64,000 nucleotides of DNA from Macrostomum lignano (taxonomy: Eukaryota), in NCBI GenBank assembly GCA_002269645.1, contig NIVC01002247.1, forward strand, positions 1-64,000. Direction: 5' to 3'. Below are positions 49,470 through 62,129 of this stretch, in pieces. Position numbers and translations under genes: made by a program. The notes below the pieces were generated by a model, which did no database searches, was not told where the DNA came from, and saw only the letters and a list, made by a program, of their open reading frames with translations. Positions within the stretch are counted from its first letter, which is position 1. Each line of letters begins with the position of its first letter.

Positions 49470-52400
49470 CAGGGGTGTCGGAACCGGGGGGGCACGGGGG
49501 GGCTGGAGCCCCCCCACTTTTTGAAAGACCCTTAAAAGTGCCCTTTTAAAATTTTAAAGTGCCCCGGTAAATTTTCTAAGTGCCCTGTGTCCTAGGACCT
49601 TAGTTGCCCCCAATAAGCACAACCCAAGTAGGGCCAAGACCCCCAAATCCATTAAAGTTAAACCATTCACTTTGATTTGAATGTACAGTGCTTAGTGTCC
49701 GCTACTCCTTATCCTTCCTTTCTGTCTCTTGTTTATTGCTAAATCTTGACTGGACTGCACTCAAGTTTTCCTTTCCTGTCCTGCCCCCTCTCCACTCCAG
49801 AGATTCTGACCCTGCCCCCTACAGTGGACCGGCAAGGGCCCCACGTAGATGTACATAGACAGTACATTCATGAATCTTGCCAGTGGTCAGTGGAGAGCGG
49901 GGAATGTGGGGAGTCCACTGAGGACGAAATAATAAGACAGTGGGTAAATAAGCAACTTTACTGGGATCTGAGAAAGACAGACAGTGTTTAAAGCTTTTAA
50001 ATAAAAAATACTATACGAATCACTACACCTGGTATTGGGCTGGGCTTAAAAGCTTGGCTTCAGAGCCTTCAGGGAAAATTCAGAGCCGTACAGACCTATC
50101 AGTTTCAGAAAAATACAATCTAAAATAAAATGCCAACGGCTAAAAGGAGAAAGAAACAACATGAAGAGGATATGAAACAGGCAGCCAAAAAGTCAAGGAA
50201 AATGACTAACTGGTAAGTACGTAATCTAAATGTATGAAGATATGATACTGTGTTGATATTAAGCTGTACGCTCGTATGCTGCTTGTTAATTGCTGTTTTT
50301 TAGGCTTGTTTCTCCTATTGAAGCTAACTCGAATGCTCCATCTGGCACAGCTGCTGCTACTAAAGCTGACTCGAGAGAGCTTACTGCCCCTGCCGCTGCT
50401 GCCAATGCTGACTCGAGAGAGCTTACTGCCCCTGCCGCTGCTGCCAATGCTGACTCGAGAGAGCTTACTGCCCCTGCCGCTGCTGCCAATGCTGACTCGA
50501 GAGAGCTTACTGCCCCTGCCGCTGCTGCCAATGCTGACTCTACTGCCCCTGCCGCTGCTGCCAATGCTGACTCTACTGCCCCTGCCGCTGCTGCCAATGC
50601 TGACTCTACTGCCCCTGCCGCTGCTGCCAATGCTGACTCTACTGCCCCTGCCGCTGCTGCCAATGCTGACTCTACTGCCCCTGCCGCTGCTGCCAATGCT
50701 GACTCTACTGCCCCTGCCGCTGCTGCCAATGCTGACTCTACTGCCCCTGCCGCTGCTGCCAATGCTGACTCTACTGCCCCTGCCGCTGCTGCCAATGCTG
50801 ACTCTACTGCCCCTGCCGCTGCTGCCAATGCTGACTCTACTGCCCCTGCCGCTGCTGCCAATGCTGACACTACTGCCCCTGCCGCTGCTGCCAATGCTGA
50901 CTCTACTGCCCCTGCCGCTGCTGCCAATGCTGACTCTACTGCCCCTGCCGCTGCTGCCAATGCTGACTCTACTGCCCCTGCCGCTGCTGCCAATGCTGAC
51001 TCTACTGCCCCTGCCGCTGCTGCCAATGCTGACTCTACTGCCCCTGCCGCTGCTGCCAATGCTGACTCTACTGCCCCTGCCGCTGCTGCCAATGCTGACT
51101 CTACTGCCCCTGCCGCTGCTGCCAATGCTGACTCTACTGCCCCTGCCGCTGCTGCCAATGCTGACTCTACTGCCCCTGCCGCTGCCAATGCTGACTCTAG
51201 AGAGCCTACTGCCCCTGCCGCTGCTGCCAATGCCGATGTTGGTGAGACTGTTGTATCTGCAACAAAAAATACCATTCTTAGCACTAGCACATCTAATCCA
51301 TGCGAAATGTTAGACTGCGGATGCTGCCAGATTGCATTGCAAAATCGGCCTGATTCCATATCTGGTTTCAAGCAAGGAGGGAGTGGGAGCAGCAATGCAG
51401 GTCGATCATGCCAACTACAATGGTTTGTGCAGTTTGACTGGCTTACATACTGCTCATCTCAAGGCACCCTTTTTTGTTTTTATTGTCGCTTTGCGGTAAA
51501 CTCAGGCATGAAGCTATCAAGAAGTTGTGGAGAGAGTACATTCACCTCTCGCGGCTTTTGTGACTGGAAGAAAGCAATTGAAAAGCTAAAGAAACATAAT
51601 AACAGTCATTTTCACCAAGAAGCCTACGAAAAGGTGTACACTCGACTGAAATTACAATCTACAATAGGAGCACAATTAGATGCTATTCATTCTCAACAGC
51701 TATTACAAAATCGGGAAAATCTGCAGCGGGTTTTTAGCTCGTTGCGATATCTTATGCGTCAAGGAATGGCAATAAGAAATAGTAAGGAGATTGAAGGCAA
51801 TCTTAGACAGCTGCTTATTTTAAGGTCTGAAGATGTGCCTGAACTGCAATCTTGGCTAAAGGATTCCAAGTACTTGAGTGTTGATGTGATTGGAGAGATG
51901 ATGGAAATCATGGCACATCAGGTTCTCCGAAGTTTGTTACTTGACATTAGTGAGAAGTCAACGACATTCGCATTGATTGCTGATGAATCACGTGACGTAA
52001 GCTGCAAGGAACAAATGTCAGTGTGCATTCGGTGGGTTTCAAAGCCAGATTTACAAGTGCACGAAGACTTCATTGGCATGCATGAACTATGCGGAACTGG
52101 AGCTGAAATTATTACTTCAACCTTAAAAGACATTCTAACACGTTGTAACTTGAAGCTTAGCAACCTAAGAGGTCAAGCATATGATGGTGCTGCAAGTATG
52201 AGTGGTAGACTGACAGGCACGGCAACTCGCATTAAAGAAGAACAACCACTAGCATTGAGTGTTCATTGTGCCAACCACTGTCTGCAGCTGACCCTTCAAA
52301 GGTGCGCTCGAGAATCAAGTGTCATCAGTACCGCGTTAAGTACTGTACAAGAGACTGCTGTCTTCATCAAAGCCTCTCCAAAGCGCTTTGACCTATTTCA

Positions 52401-54056
52401 TACCTTGAATGAGTCGTTTTTTATTGAGGAAGAGCAGGGCTACAGTATTCACATGCTCTGCCCAACGCGATGGAGTGTTCGTTGTAAGGCAATTTCGTCT
52501 GTATTGCACAGCTACAAGCACTTGCTTAACTGCTTGGCCGAAATCGCTGGTGAGTCATCTGGAGAGAATCGATCAAAGGCAGAAGATCTGAAAAAATCCC
52601 TTATGAAGTTCTCTGTTTATTTTGGAATTTGCGCAGCGCGAGTGATTTTTACATTATCAGAGCAGCTGGCTATTACTCTTCAAAGCACTAGTGTCACAGC
52701 AGAGTCCACTATCACCGGAGTAAACTGCCTCAAAGAGGCACTTTTGCGTGAGCGAAGCATGTTTTCAGAGCGGTTTCAGGAAGTAGTCGAGGGTGCAGAG
52801 GCAGTCGGCATTGAACAAAAGCTACCAAGAGAACGAAGGGCTCCAATACGACTCGAACATGAAGGCAGTAAAATGCATCCGTTTCAGCATCAATCTAACT
52901 CTGTAAAAGAATACTACAGGCAGCATTATTATACCGCTATTGATGCTTTAGTTCGCGAACTAGACAGTAGATTTGACCAGGAAGCATATAATGTGCTTAA
53001 AGACATGGAGAAGCTTCTTATTCACGCGGCCAATGGAGCAGCACCTAATTCTATTCCAGCATCACTGATGGCGTACCATCCTGTGGATTGGAATGCTGAC
53101 AATCTTCAAGCACAGCTATGTTTGCTGCATGGATTTGTCAAGCGTTGTTCACCTGAAGTAAAGCTCATTTCAAGGTTGACAACTCTGCATGACATATTTA
53201 CAAGAGAACAGATTCACCAGCCGCTCTTTCGAGATGTACTTGCAATGCTGCACGTCTACTTGGTAGTGCCAATGACATCTGCCACTGCAGAAAGGTCATT
53301 TTCAGCCCAACGACGGATCAAGAATTACTTGCGAAGTACTATGACTGCCAAAACATACAACAGCTTCATGTTACTTAATGTGCATAAGAATCGTACTGAC
53401 AATCTGAACCTCGCACAAGCTGTTCGCGAGTTTGTAAGTCGCAACAGCCGTCGGCAAACTTTTTTTGGCAGAGTGTGAAATTTGGAGCTTCTGACTACTG
53501 ACTTTTATTCAGTTTTCATAGTTTGCTACTACTACTGGCTACCTACTGCTATATATTTTTGCATTACGAGTATCTGATATGAACGTGACTTGCTTAATGG
53601 AGCAAATTGAAATTCAAATGTTCATTTCATATTCCTATAAACTTACATGTACTGTCAACATCAAATCAATGCAATACCTGCGTCCTGCAACACTTCAATA
53701 AACTATTGCTCTAATGATCAGTAATTTATTTGCTCCACTACATATACATGTATAGTTCTATGAGTATCTAAGTACAGTACAATTAGTTGTAAATTTTTGT
53801 TTTTTTTAAACTGCTGTCGCTGTCTGCTCATTGTGTAAACTAAAATGCACAACTAAATAGTAAATATATAGTTATTTTACGAGTTTTATTAGCTATATGT
53901 AATGGGTTGTACTTTGTTGTGAAATTAAATTACTTTTTAATGCATGAATGAACTTACATTAGTTGAAATTTTTGCCCCTCGATTTGCATTGAAGTAACTC
54001 AGATCTGCCCTTTTTTATTGAGCCCCCCCACTTTGAAAGTAGTTCCGACACCCCTG
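49470..54056 (+). mobile_element. Full-length autonomous hAT DNA transposon (4587 bp)
   Basis: Perfect 15-bp TIRs CAGGGGTGTCGGAAC / GTTCCGACACCCCTG. Exact 8-bp TSD GACATGGA (49462-69, 54057-64). Subterminal gagcccccccacttt motif at both ends. Confidence 0.96.
50130..53478 (+). CDS. hAT transposase (ZMYM1-like, TTF zinc finger + DDE + dimerization domain), ~1085 aa, two exons
   Basis: Exon 1 50130-50212 (MPTAKRRKK...KSRKMTN-W) and exon 2 50304-53478. Motifs: FDWLTY...FCFYC...KH...FH; IADESRD; GQAYDGAASMSG; HCANHCLQL; TRWS; SATAERSFS. No stops. Confidence 0.93.
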
Positions 54057-55064
54057 GACATGGACTTGATCCACGCCGTCTGACTCAATCTACAGATTTT
54101 ATGTTGCAATTCGAGACTACTCTCGATCCTGTGATGTCCCACACGTCGACCCCATACATTTGGGTGCTTGTTGTCATCGTGATGTTCAAGGCAGAGATCC
54201 TTGGGGCTGCTGAACAGAGGCTAAGCAACAGGCTTAGCTAGTGACCAATCCTAGTAACCATCATCTAGTAGGGCTTTAGTAAAATATGAAAGGGCAACCT
54301 GAACTTGAAAAATGAAATTAATGTTTGCCTTAAATCCTTAATAGAAATGACATCTGCGGTGCATAAAAAATGCAATGCCCATCATGCATGCACTTTGTTG
54401 GACGGTTTGCGAGAAACTGTTTCGTTCGGGTGACCTCTGCATGAAGTAACTCGCCCGCTCCTTTGTGGCAGAGGCGACGAAAATGCCAAGAATATGTTGG
54501 TTGCCAACGTCTGGTATTTATAACATAGAGAGACCTTGCAGAGACAAAACCGTCTTTGGGAACCTAAGAACATCTCTCGACTCGCATGCACTAAGAATAC
54601 TTCTGCTTAAGGCGGCTGTGTATAGTTCTCACAATGAAAAGTGTGCAAGACCGGCCTGGCCCTGGGCCCGTTAAACTGACCGAGAGGGTAGTTATGAGTA
54701 AATTTCATTGTAAAAAATCGGGCTCAATGGCTCTCTTACAGGTAAAAGTTGCCTGTTACCAGGCCGCAGTGCCCCAATAGCCAGATGCCTGCCTTGTTTC
54801 TATGACTTATAAATGGGGACAAAACTTGGGTACGTGCCCAACGCCTCCGAGTCAAGGGGGTTTCAAGTTCGAGTTTTATCGACAGAGAGTAGGTCCTCAG
54901 ATCTCCACTATAAACTTTCTGCATCTGCTGAACGAACTCAGTTATTGAAAGCAAGGTAGTTCGTAATTTATATTAATTTTTAACTTTTAGTGCATTCGTT
55001 TACATGCATGACTAGCTTCCAGCCCCATTCTTGTCTATGAGCTAATCTAATCTTGGCCGAATCT

Positions 55065-55640
55065 CATACCACCGAATCCCACCGAATCTCTCCGAATCTC
55101 TCCGAATCTTATTTCACCGAATCTCGCCGTATCTCACCAAATCTCATCTCACCGAATCTCACCGAATCTCACTAAATCACTCCGAATCTTACCGATTCTC
55201 ATTTCATCGACTCTCATCACACCGAATCTCACTGAATCTCACTGAATCTCACTGAATCTCACTGAATCTCACTGAATCTCACTGAATCTATGCAAATTTC
55301 TCTGAATCTCATCTCACCGACTCTCATCTCACCGAATCTCACTGAATCTCACTGAATCTCACTGAATCTATGCGAATCTCTCTGAATCTCATCTCACCGA
55401 CTCTCATCTCACCGAATCTCACTGAATCTCACTGAATCTCACTGAATCTCACTGAATCTCACTGAATCTCACTGAATCTATGCGAATCTCTCTGAATCTC
55501 ATCTCACCGACTCTCATCTCACCGAATCTCACTGAATCTCACTGAATCTCACTGAATCTCTCCGAATCTCATCTCACCGAATCTCATCTCACCGAATCCC
55601 ACCGAATCTCTCCGAATCTCACTTCACCAAACCTAATTAT
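55065..55640. repeat. 10-bp-based satellite (tctcactgaa / tctcaccgaa) with higher-order units
   Basis: Directly visible, just upstream of the TRP ORF. Confidence 0.9.
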
Positions 55641-55804
55641 TTAATCGAATCTCATCTCGCAGGCTCTCATCCTACTGAATCTTGTCTCACACCTCATATC
55701 CCATATCGCTGTAGCTCGTATACCTAAAAAACTACTTTCTTTAACCCTCGTTGTCAGCGAACTTCAAAATTCATGAATGTACTCCATACATTTTGCCGCC
55801 AGCG

Positions 55805-58800
55805 ATGGCTGCCGCTCGCTCCGCCGCCCCACCACTGGGTCCGGGTGCCCCAGCCGGAAGCAGCCACGCCATCTTCGACGGATTCGACCAGTCTGATTGG
55901 CCCGAGAAACCGATGCCGCCGGCGGAGGTGCCCGATCCGACACCCAGAGAAGACAACAGTGTCCAGACGAAAGTGCGGCCGGCTGTGAAGTACCGATTCA
56001 CGGACAAGTTGCTATTCATGGACGAGTTGTTGATTCACGCCAGCGATAAACAATTCAAAGAAGCGTTGAAATTTGCTATCAGCAAAGACGAAAGCGCTCT
56101 GAAGCTGCACGAAGATGAGCACTCGAGAACTGCGGCTCACTATGCTGCAATGAGCTCCGAAGGAGAAGAACTACTCAAGACGTTGATCGAGAAGGCGGGT
56201 AAATCTTGCCTTGACCATCGAGACTCGAACTCAGCTACTCCGCTTCACTACGCTGCTCAGAACTATCGTATTGAGCAGTTTCGCCAGTTGCATCCCGACG
56301 CCGAGCAGGAGCTGCGGAGCTCAAAGATGAGGGATCAAGCTGGGGACACGCTGGCCCACTACGCTGCCAGAAACACTACAGATGAGTCAGTCCTGAGATC
56401 GGCGCTTCACGAAAATCTCCCTGCTATGCTATGGGAGAACAATAGAGGTCATACGGTACTTCATGTGGCCGTTGAGCACTGCGGTGATGAGCTGGTGAAC
56501 CATCTGCTCGAACAGGCCAGAGAGCACCTTGGGAATAGGATAAATGAAGAAAAGATTGCAGTTGACAACGACGGAGACACGCTGGCTCACTGTGCCGCTA
56601 GGAACGAAAATCCAGGCTGCCAAAACGATGAAGTGTTTGAAGAAGTGAAGACATTTTTCGGCAACGAGTGCCTCAGCTGGAAGGATTCGGCGGGACAGTC
56701 AGTGCTGAAGACAGTCATTCAGCGTTGCGCCGACGAAACGGCTAAGCAGATGGTGGATGCGTTTGCTGACAAAAAATTGCAGCAACTAAGAAAATATGCT
56801 GATGAAGAGAAAAACAGCTACCTGCACATTGCGGCAATGAGCGAAAAATGCGATACATTCGCCAGAATATTAGAGATCCTGAAGCAAGCCAGCACTGAAG
56901 ACGAATGCATTAAGCTAATTAGCGAAGAAAGAAATGACGACGGCCAAACAGTATTGCATATCGTGGCTGGCGGTGACAAGAAACTCTTGAAAGCAATTCG
57001 GGAAAAGTTGACAACCCTCAAATTAAATAACTTCATTGCCGATCGCGATGGCAGAGGCAGAAATATGCTCTTCTACGCTTGCATGGCGTGGAATTATTCG
57101 CTCCTGAAGATCCTGCAGAGCCAATCAGACGCTTTCAAAGAAGTTGATGCCGACGAGAATAGCCTCTTGCACGCCATGTTCTTAAATCACAGAGTCGATG
57201 AACTTGTTTCTTCGGAGGAATTTTTCCAAAACGTGGCCTTTCTTGCCGAGAAAATGCCAAATGGCGTGAATCACGAGAACAATCTAAAAAAGAACTTTCT
57301 TCACTGCTCGCAATTAAAGGAGAAAGTTCTCATTAAAATTTTAAGTGCCGCGGTCGATAGTCCGATTTTGAAAAAAGTTTTTCTTAACAAGGATGGCGTT
57401 CACGTAGTTCACGAGTTCGCGAGCCGGTACAACCTGGAGAATCTGATCGAACCTCTCGCCTCGATTGCGAATGCCGAGAAAGCCGAACTACGCAGCAAGG
57501 TAGTGGAACGGGGTCCCAACAAAGGTGCCAATTGCCTGCACTTCGCTTGTCAAGCAGGCCACCAGGCCAACATTGCCTATTTAACGAAAAACGGCCTTAA
57601 AATAACTGACATGGACCACGATGGGCTGACTTGCATCGACTACGCTCGCGATGCTGACCAGCTGAAAAAGTTAGTGGAGGCCCAGGGCTTCGAACCGAGC
57701 GAGGCTTGCTGTCTTTTTGATCCACTGCACCGTGCAGTGAAGCTGCCTGACCGGCCGGCCGCGATGCAGCACATTGCTCGAATTGTCGACCAGGTGGTGA
57801 AAGAAAAGTTAGAAAGAGGCCCATCAAGATTTAAAAGGGAGAACCAGTCCTCACAGGGGGTCTCCGTGTTGCAGGCAGCCTGGGGTGATGACTCGCCGCA
57901 AGCGTTTCGCAGCGCACTAAAACTAAGCTTATTAGGGGCAAAGACAGAGGAAGGATTCATTCGACAGTGGATCAAAGACCACCCAGATGATAGTTCTATA
58001 GATAAAAATCCAACGGAGATGCAACTAATTGACCTTGCACTTAAACACAACAAACTCGATCTTCTGCCTGACCTCATCATCACGAGGCAGTTCGAACTGA
58101 TTCCCAGCTGCATTCGACTAATCATTCAGCTGAAGAGAAAGATAAAAAAGCACGATGTTTATCACGACCAGCTAAAGAGTCTCGCAAGCAAAGTCATCAG
58201 CATAGCCGTAAACACGCTTGACCAGCTGTATGCAAATTCAGATGACAAAGATAGAGAGCTTTTATTCAATTACATCAGAGGCGAACTCAGAGGTCTGAAG
58301 TACAGCATTGACGAAAATGAAAACAGTAGAGCGACCATATGCTGCAGCGGTGAGTCTCAACAGTACACAGTTTTGGAACTCGTTGAAATTGCTGAATGCG
58401 AGGACCTGTTTGCTACAGACTGCATCTACAAACTGGCTAAGGAGGAGTGGAAGAAGGCAAAGAACTGCGGAAGTCCAACTACCCACTTCGGATTTAGCCT
58501 AGCTACCTACATCGTATTCATGTTGTACTTTGCTTGGTTTGTTACCGACTTTAAGACGACATTCAATTCGTTTGTGAGCGACGCAATTCTGACTGCGTTT
58601 GCGCTGCTGTTTCTTGTGCTCGAAGTATTTGACTTTACCTCGCTGCCACCAAAAGCAATCTGTTGTGGTGGTAGGTCGAGTAAGTGCTCGATGTACTGGA
58701 GAAATGTGTACAATGTGTTTGACTTCATAGCTCTATTGCTTCTGTGGCTTGGCATCGTCTGGAAGTGGTCCATTTTTGGAAACCCTGGTGACGTCACTGC

Positions 58801-59434
58801 TTACGCATGCCAGTGCATTCTAAGCACGTCATTCCTTTTCTGCGGATTTCGTTCTGTTGCCTTCCTAAGCTCATGGCAAAAGACGGGGCACGTTATCGTC
58901 ATGCTGAAGAAGCTAATGATCGGAGACTTGGGACCGTTCCTTGCGATCAGTGCGATCATTTTTCTATCGTTTGGAGTGTTTTTCTTCAATTTGCTGTTCC
59001 CATCAACCACCGCGCAGTCGAGCGAGACGCAGGCCGAGTTCTACTGGTGGCGAGTCATGCTGCAGATTTTTACGATGCCGTTCGACCTGCTGTTTACCAA
59101 CTTTGAACGCATTCAGTTTGACACTCCTAGAAGCGACTTGAGTCAGGAAGTCGGATCAGTGGCCAACGCTATCGGTCTGTCTTGGTTCCGCAATCTCACG
59201 CTATTTGTTTTCCTCCTGCTGGTAAACATTGTGATGGTTAACCTGCTGATCGCTCTGTTTAACCTTCGGGTGAGCACGCTTCACAGCAAGGCCATCGGAA
59301 TCTGGAGACAGGGATATTTTGAGCTGCTTCGCGAGTACCAGGGGCGAGCTGAACTGTACTGCTGTTGCATCAACCGAAAATGTTCTCGGGTTGGTCCCGA
59401 CAGAAAAGTAGAGTCTGTGAGTACGGGCTTGTAA
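55805..59434 (+). CDS. Ankyrin-repeat TRP cation channel, divergent (TRPC/TRPN/TRPM-type transmembrane region); 3.6-kb exon
   Basis: ORF of ~1200 aa. About 12 ankyrin-like motifs (RTAAHYAA, ATPLHYAA, DTLAHYAA, HTVLHVAV, NSYLHIAA, QTVLHIVA, ANCLHFAC), then 6 TM with WRNVYNVFDFI, GHVIVMLKKLMIGDLGPFL, NIVMVNLLIALFN and TRP-box-like IWRQGY. Probable donor TCT|GTGAGT at 59417. The first in-frame ATG is at 55805, though the frame is open from 55751. Confidence 0.88.
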   Translation: MAAARSAAPPLGPGAPAGSSHAIFDGFDQSDWPEKPMPPAEVPDPTPREDNSVQTKVRPAVKYRFTDKLLFMDELLIHASDKQFKEALKFAISKDESALKLHEDEHSRTAAHYAAMSSEGEELLKTLIEKAGKSCLDHRDSNSATPLHYAAQNYRIEQFRQLHPDAEQELRSSKMRDQAGDTLAHYAARNTTDESVLRSALHENLPAMLWENNRGHTVLHVAVEHCGDELVNHLLEQAREHLGNRINEEKIAVDNDGDTLAHCAARNENPGCQNDEVFEEVKTFFGNECLSWKDSAGQSVLKTVIQRCADETAKQMVDAFADKKLQQLRKYADEEKNSYLHIAAMSEKCDTFARILEILKQASTEDECIKLISEERNDDGQTVLHIVAGGDKKLLKAIREKLTTLKLNNFIADRDGRGRNMLFYACMAWNYSLLKILQSQSDAFKEVDADENSLLHAMFLNHRVDELVSSEEFFQNVAFLAEKMPNGVNHENNLKKNFLHCSQLKEKVLIKILSAAVDSPILKKVFLNKDGVHVVHEFASRYNLENLIEPLASIANAEKAELRSKVVERGPNKGANCLHFACQAGHQANIAYLTKNGLKITDMDHDGLTCIDYARDADQLKKLVEAQGFEPSEACCLFDPLHRAVKLPDRPAAMQHIARIVDQVVKEKLERGPSRFKRENQSSQGVSVLQAAWGDDSPQAFRSALKLSLLGAKTEEGFIRQWIKDHPDDSSIDKNPTEMQLIDLALKHNKLDLLPDLIITRQFELIPSCIRLIIQLKRKIKKHDVYHDQLKSLASKVISIAVNTLDQLYANSDDKDRELLFNYIRGELRGLKYSIDENENSRATICCSGESQQYTVLELVEIAECEDLFATDCIYKLAKEEWKKAKNCGSPTTHFGFSLATYIVFMLYFAWFVTDFKTTFNSFVSDAILTAFALLFLVLEVFDFTSLPPKAICCGGRSSKCSMYWRNVYNVFDFIALLLLWLGIVWKWSIFGNPGDVTAYACQCILSTSFLFCGFRSVAFLSSWQKTGHVIVMLKKLMIGDLGPFLAISAIIFLSFGVFFFNLLFPSTTAQSSETQAEFYWWRVMLQIFTMPFDLLFTNFERIQFDTPRSDLSQEVGSVANAIGLSWFRNLTLFVFLLLVNIVMVNLLIALFNLRVSTLHSKAIGIWRQGYFELLREYQGRAELYCCCINRKCSRVGPDRKVESVSTGL

Positions 59435-60329
59435 TTACTTGACTTCAAGGACTACTTAAGTAGAAGGACGGGAGACCATGAGCTACGTTTACTGAAAATT
59501 TTAAGAGGCAGGTTTTTCCGAAAAAATACATTACGGAGGTAGGAGAGATTTTAATTTTCCAGCACGAGAATTATTATTGCATTTGAAACTCGTAGGAGAC
59601 AGACCCAACGTTCATCTTTTAATACGTCTTGTTTTTCTTATAGCTCTATTGATATTCATAGAGTTTTTGATTGGAAAATTAGGATTCTATGTTAATTTTA
59701 TATCCTACGTACAATCGTAGATTTTCCAAATAACTTTTTTTAGATATGTATAGTTTCCCATCATTCTACTTGGAGTAGTCCTTGCTTGACTTGGCTGCAA
59801 GGGGCTCCGGTAATCCGGATGCATCGGGGAGGCATTGATGCCTATTTGGCCAACAGCCTGGCGACCTCGTGCAGCTAGTGCTTCCCGTTTGAAGAGTGGA
59901 TGATACTCGCCTTATAGCCCTTAGATTGCTAATCATGTGGCGGAAATTCTCGGGTCTGAAAACTTCAGGGACATCCATGTTTGGGCCGAGGTAGTTTAGT
60001 TGAGGCGATGCAGTTACAGATGAAGTGCCCCGCATCCTCGACGCCGGAGAGGCAAAAGGGAATTCCTCATTGCAGATTTTCCCTGGAAATCGCGATGACT
60101 GTCGATGCCAGAGAGGGCGGCTTCTCAGGGGCTGTTCAAAAATGTAACGGTTATCCTGAGAGTGTAAGGGATATAGACGTTAAACTTCTTCAGGTTTGGG
60201 AATGAGCTGAACGAAACGCTAGAAAATGAATTTCATGTGCTGATTTGCAATTTCCAATAATTACAGGTGTTGCGTGGTCGGAACCTAGATCCAAAACGCT
60301 AGAACACAGTAGAGCATTATCTTTTATAG

Positions 60330-60789
60330 TAAAAATCCTCCGCCTGCCAACTCTTTAAAGGAAAAAGACGCTGATCAAGGTGGACCAAAGTACTCCGCGA
60401 CTTTCCTGCAGTATCTGTATTACCAAGCTCTGCTGTTGCGTAGGATTCGTCCGAAACTGTCGCGAGAAGTGGAGAAAAATCGAAGTGGCTTCGAGCAGCT
60501 GAAAGCGCATTGCGAGAATAACCTGGCAAGAGTGCATGCTGAGATTAGCGAGGATCTGACCTACTTAAAACGCAGAATAAAGGAAGTCGAGCACGCTCAG
60601 AATCTGCCTGAACGCGACCGAAACAAAGCGAGGCAGTTTGAAAAATATCCGAGACCTACTGACCGATCCCAGAGCCAGCAGAGGACTGCAGCTGGATCTG
60701 CAGAACGGCAGCCGAGCCAGCAGAGTGTAGGAGGAGCGAGACCAGAACACCGACCACCGGAAAATGGCAGGCCACTGTGGGTAAACTAG
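60330..60789 (+). CDS. Probable terminal exon of the TRP channel (coiled-coil tail)
   Basis: Acceptor-like cttttatag at 60329. Open frame KNPPP...YLYYQALLLRRIRPKL...LARVHAEISEDLTYLKRRIKEVE to a stop at 60789. The link to the 59417 donor is not phase-resolved. Confidence 0.5.
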
Positions 60790-62129
60790 CAATGTAGCAA
60801 GGAAACTATACAGACTCGTATTTCCAAGAAACAAGCGGTTAAGTCGCAAAATGAATCCCGATTGTGAGTTCACTCAGTTCTTACGCTTTTATGTTATTGA
60901 TAATTAGCGATGAACAGAATTAGCTGAGATTAGATTTCCGGGAAAAGCATTCCAATTAATAATTTTGGCTTCTGGATGAACCGCCAACTTAATAAAATGT
61001 CTGCTTCTTAATTGAAGATCTTTATTCCTGATAAGACTAATTCTATTTGTATGAATCTGAAATATTGACAAAAACTGTTAACAAAGACACTAAAGACAAA
61101 TTTGATGTATCATCATTAGCACTAGTGGATGCCATGATAATCTGGTTACTTTAAACTAAATATGTTTTAAATGCACCTGTCAACCCCAGTCTAATATACT
61201 TTCTGTGATACTCTATCGAATATTTCAGATCTACAACAATTACTACTATACTACACTTTTTGTGTTATTAATATTGCATATTTTCCTCTTTCTATAATCG
61301 ACTTCCTGTCTAATGCAGCATTCAAGATTGTTAGTTTTTAAAAATACAATAAAATATTGATACATGGAACTTGCTGTGAGTACACAAAAAGCTTGTATGA
61401 GTAGCATTCATTTGTCGTAATTTTAATTATCACCAATGGCGCGAGTTCTTGAATGGGCGCGGTTGTTGTTGTCATCATAATTTTTACTACCTCCATATCA
61501 CCATTAATTCAACTTAGGTAAATTTGTTTAAAAATACAATAATTTTCCATAATCCCATTGATTTTGTACTCATTATTGCTAAAACATCAGTGTAAAAAGG
61601 AGTCAACTTAGTTCGAAAATCTTCCAACAACACTTTTACCTGCTACTTGCTCAATCCCAATAACAACGTCATTTTCTTGTCTCTAAAAAATTCGAACATA
61701 CTACTTCTACAGGCAAACTGCTCAATCCTCTGCATCGAGAATGCAATGTGAATTCTTCAAACCCCATTCCCTTTGCTGGCAAAACCGGATCACCGCAACT
61801 TTCAACGTCCCAGCAGCTCATGGTCCACACCTCTGAAAAAAATACGATAAAAACATTTCTTGTTGTCTCACCAGTCTCCTACTCCGTCCAACTTCACCCA
61901 ATTGTATAAATGAAAACACCAGTGCAAGAAGGAATGCGTTCGGTACATGCAAAGTTCTGGCTCCAGGTAGAAATTGCGCTAAGTGGAGAAATACTTAATC
62001 TGTGACGTTCGGGTTTCGGTCATGCACAGGTCAGCAAAAATGTCCCTGCTAAGCCCTTGGAGGACAAAGTATAGACGGTAATTTTTTGCCCTTTCAGATG
62101 ATTTCTCACAGACACTGTCATTTCATCGC

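Noticed and set aside
50286-51395. Alternative-frame ORFs over the transposase repeat (LLPLPLLPMLT; ESALAAAAGAV)
   Set aside because: Shadows of the 33-bp coding repeat; only the transposase frame continues into conserved domains.
61400-62000. Possible short-exon minus-strand gene
   Set aside because: Splice-like sites exist but I could not assemble a stop-free, phase-consistent chain.
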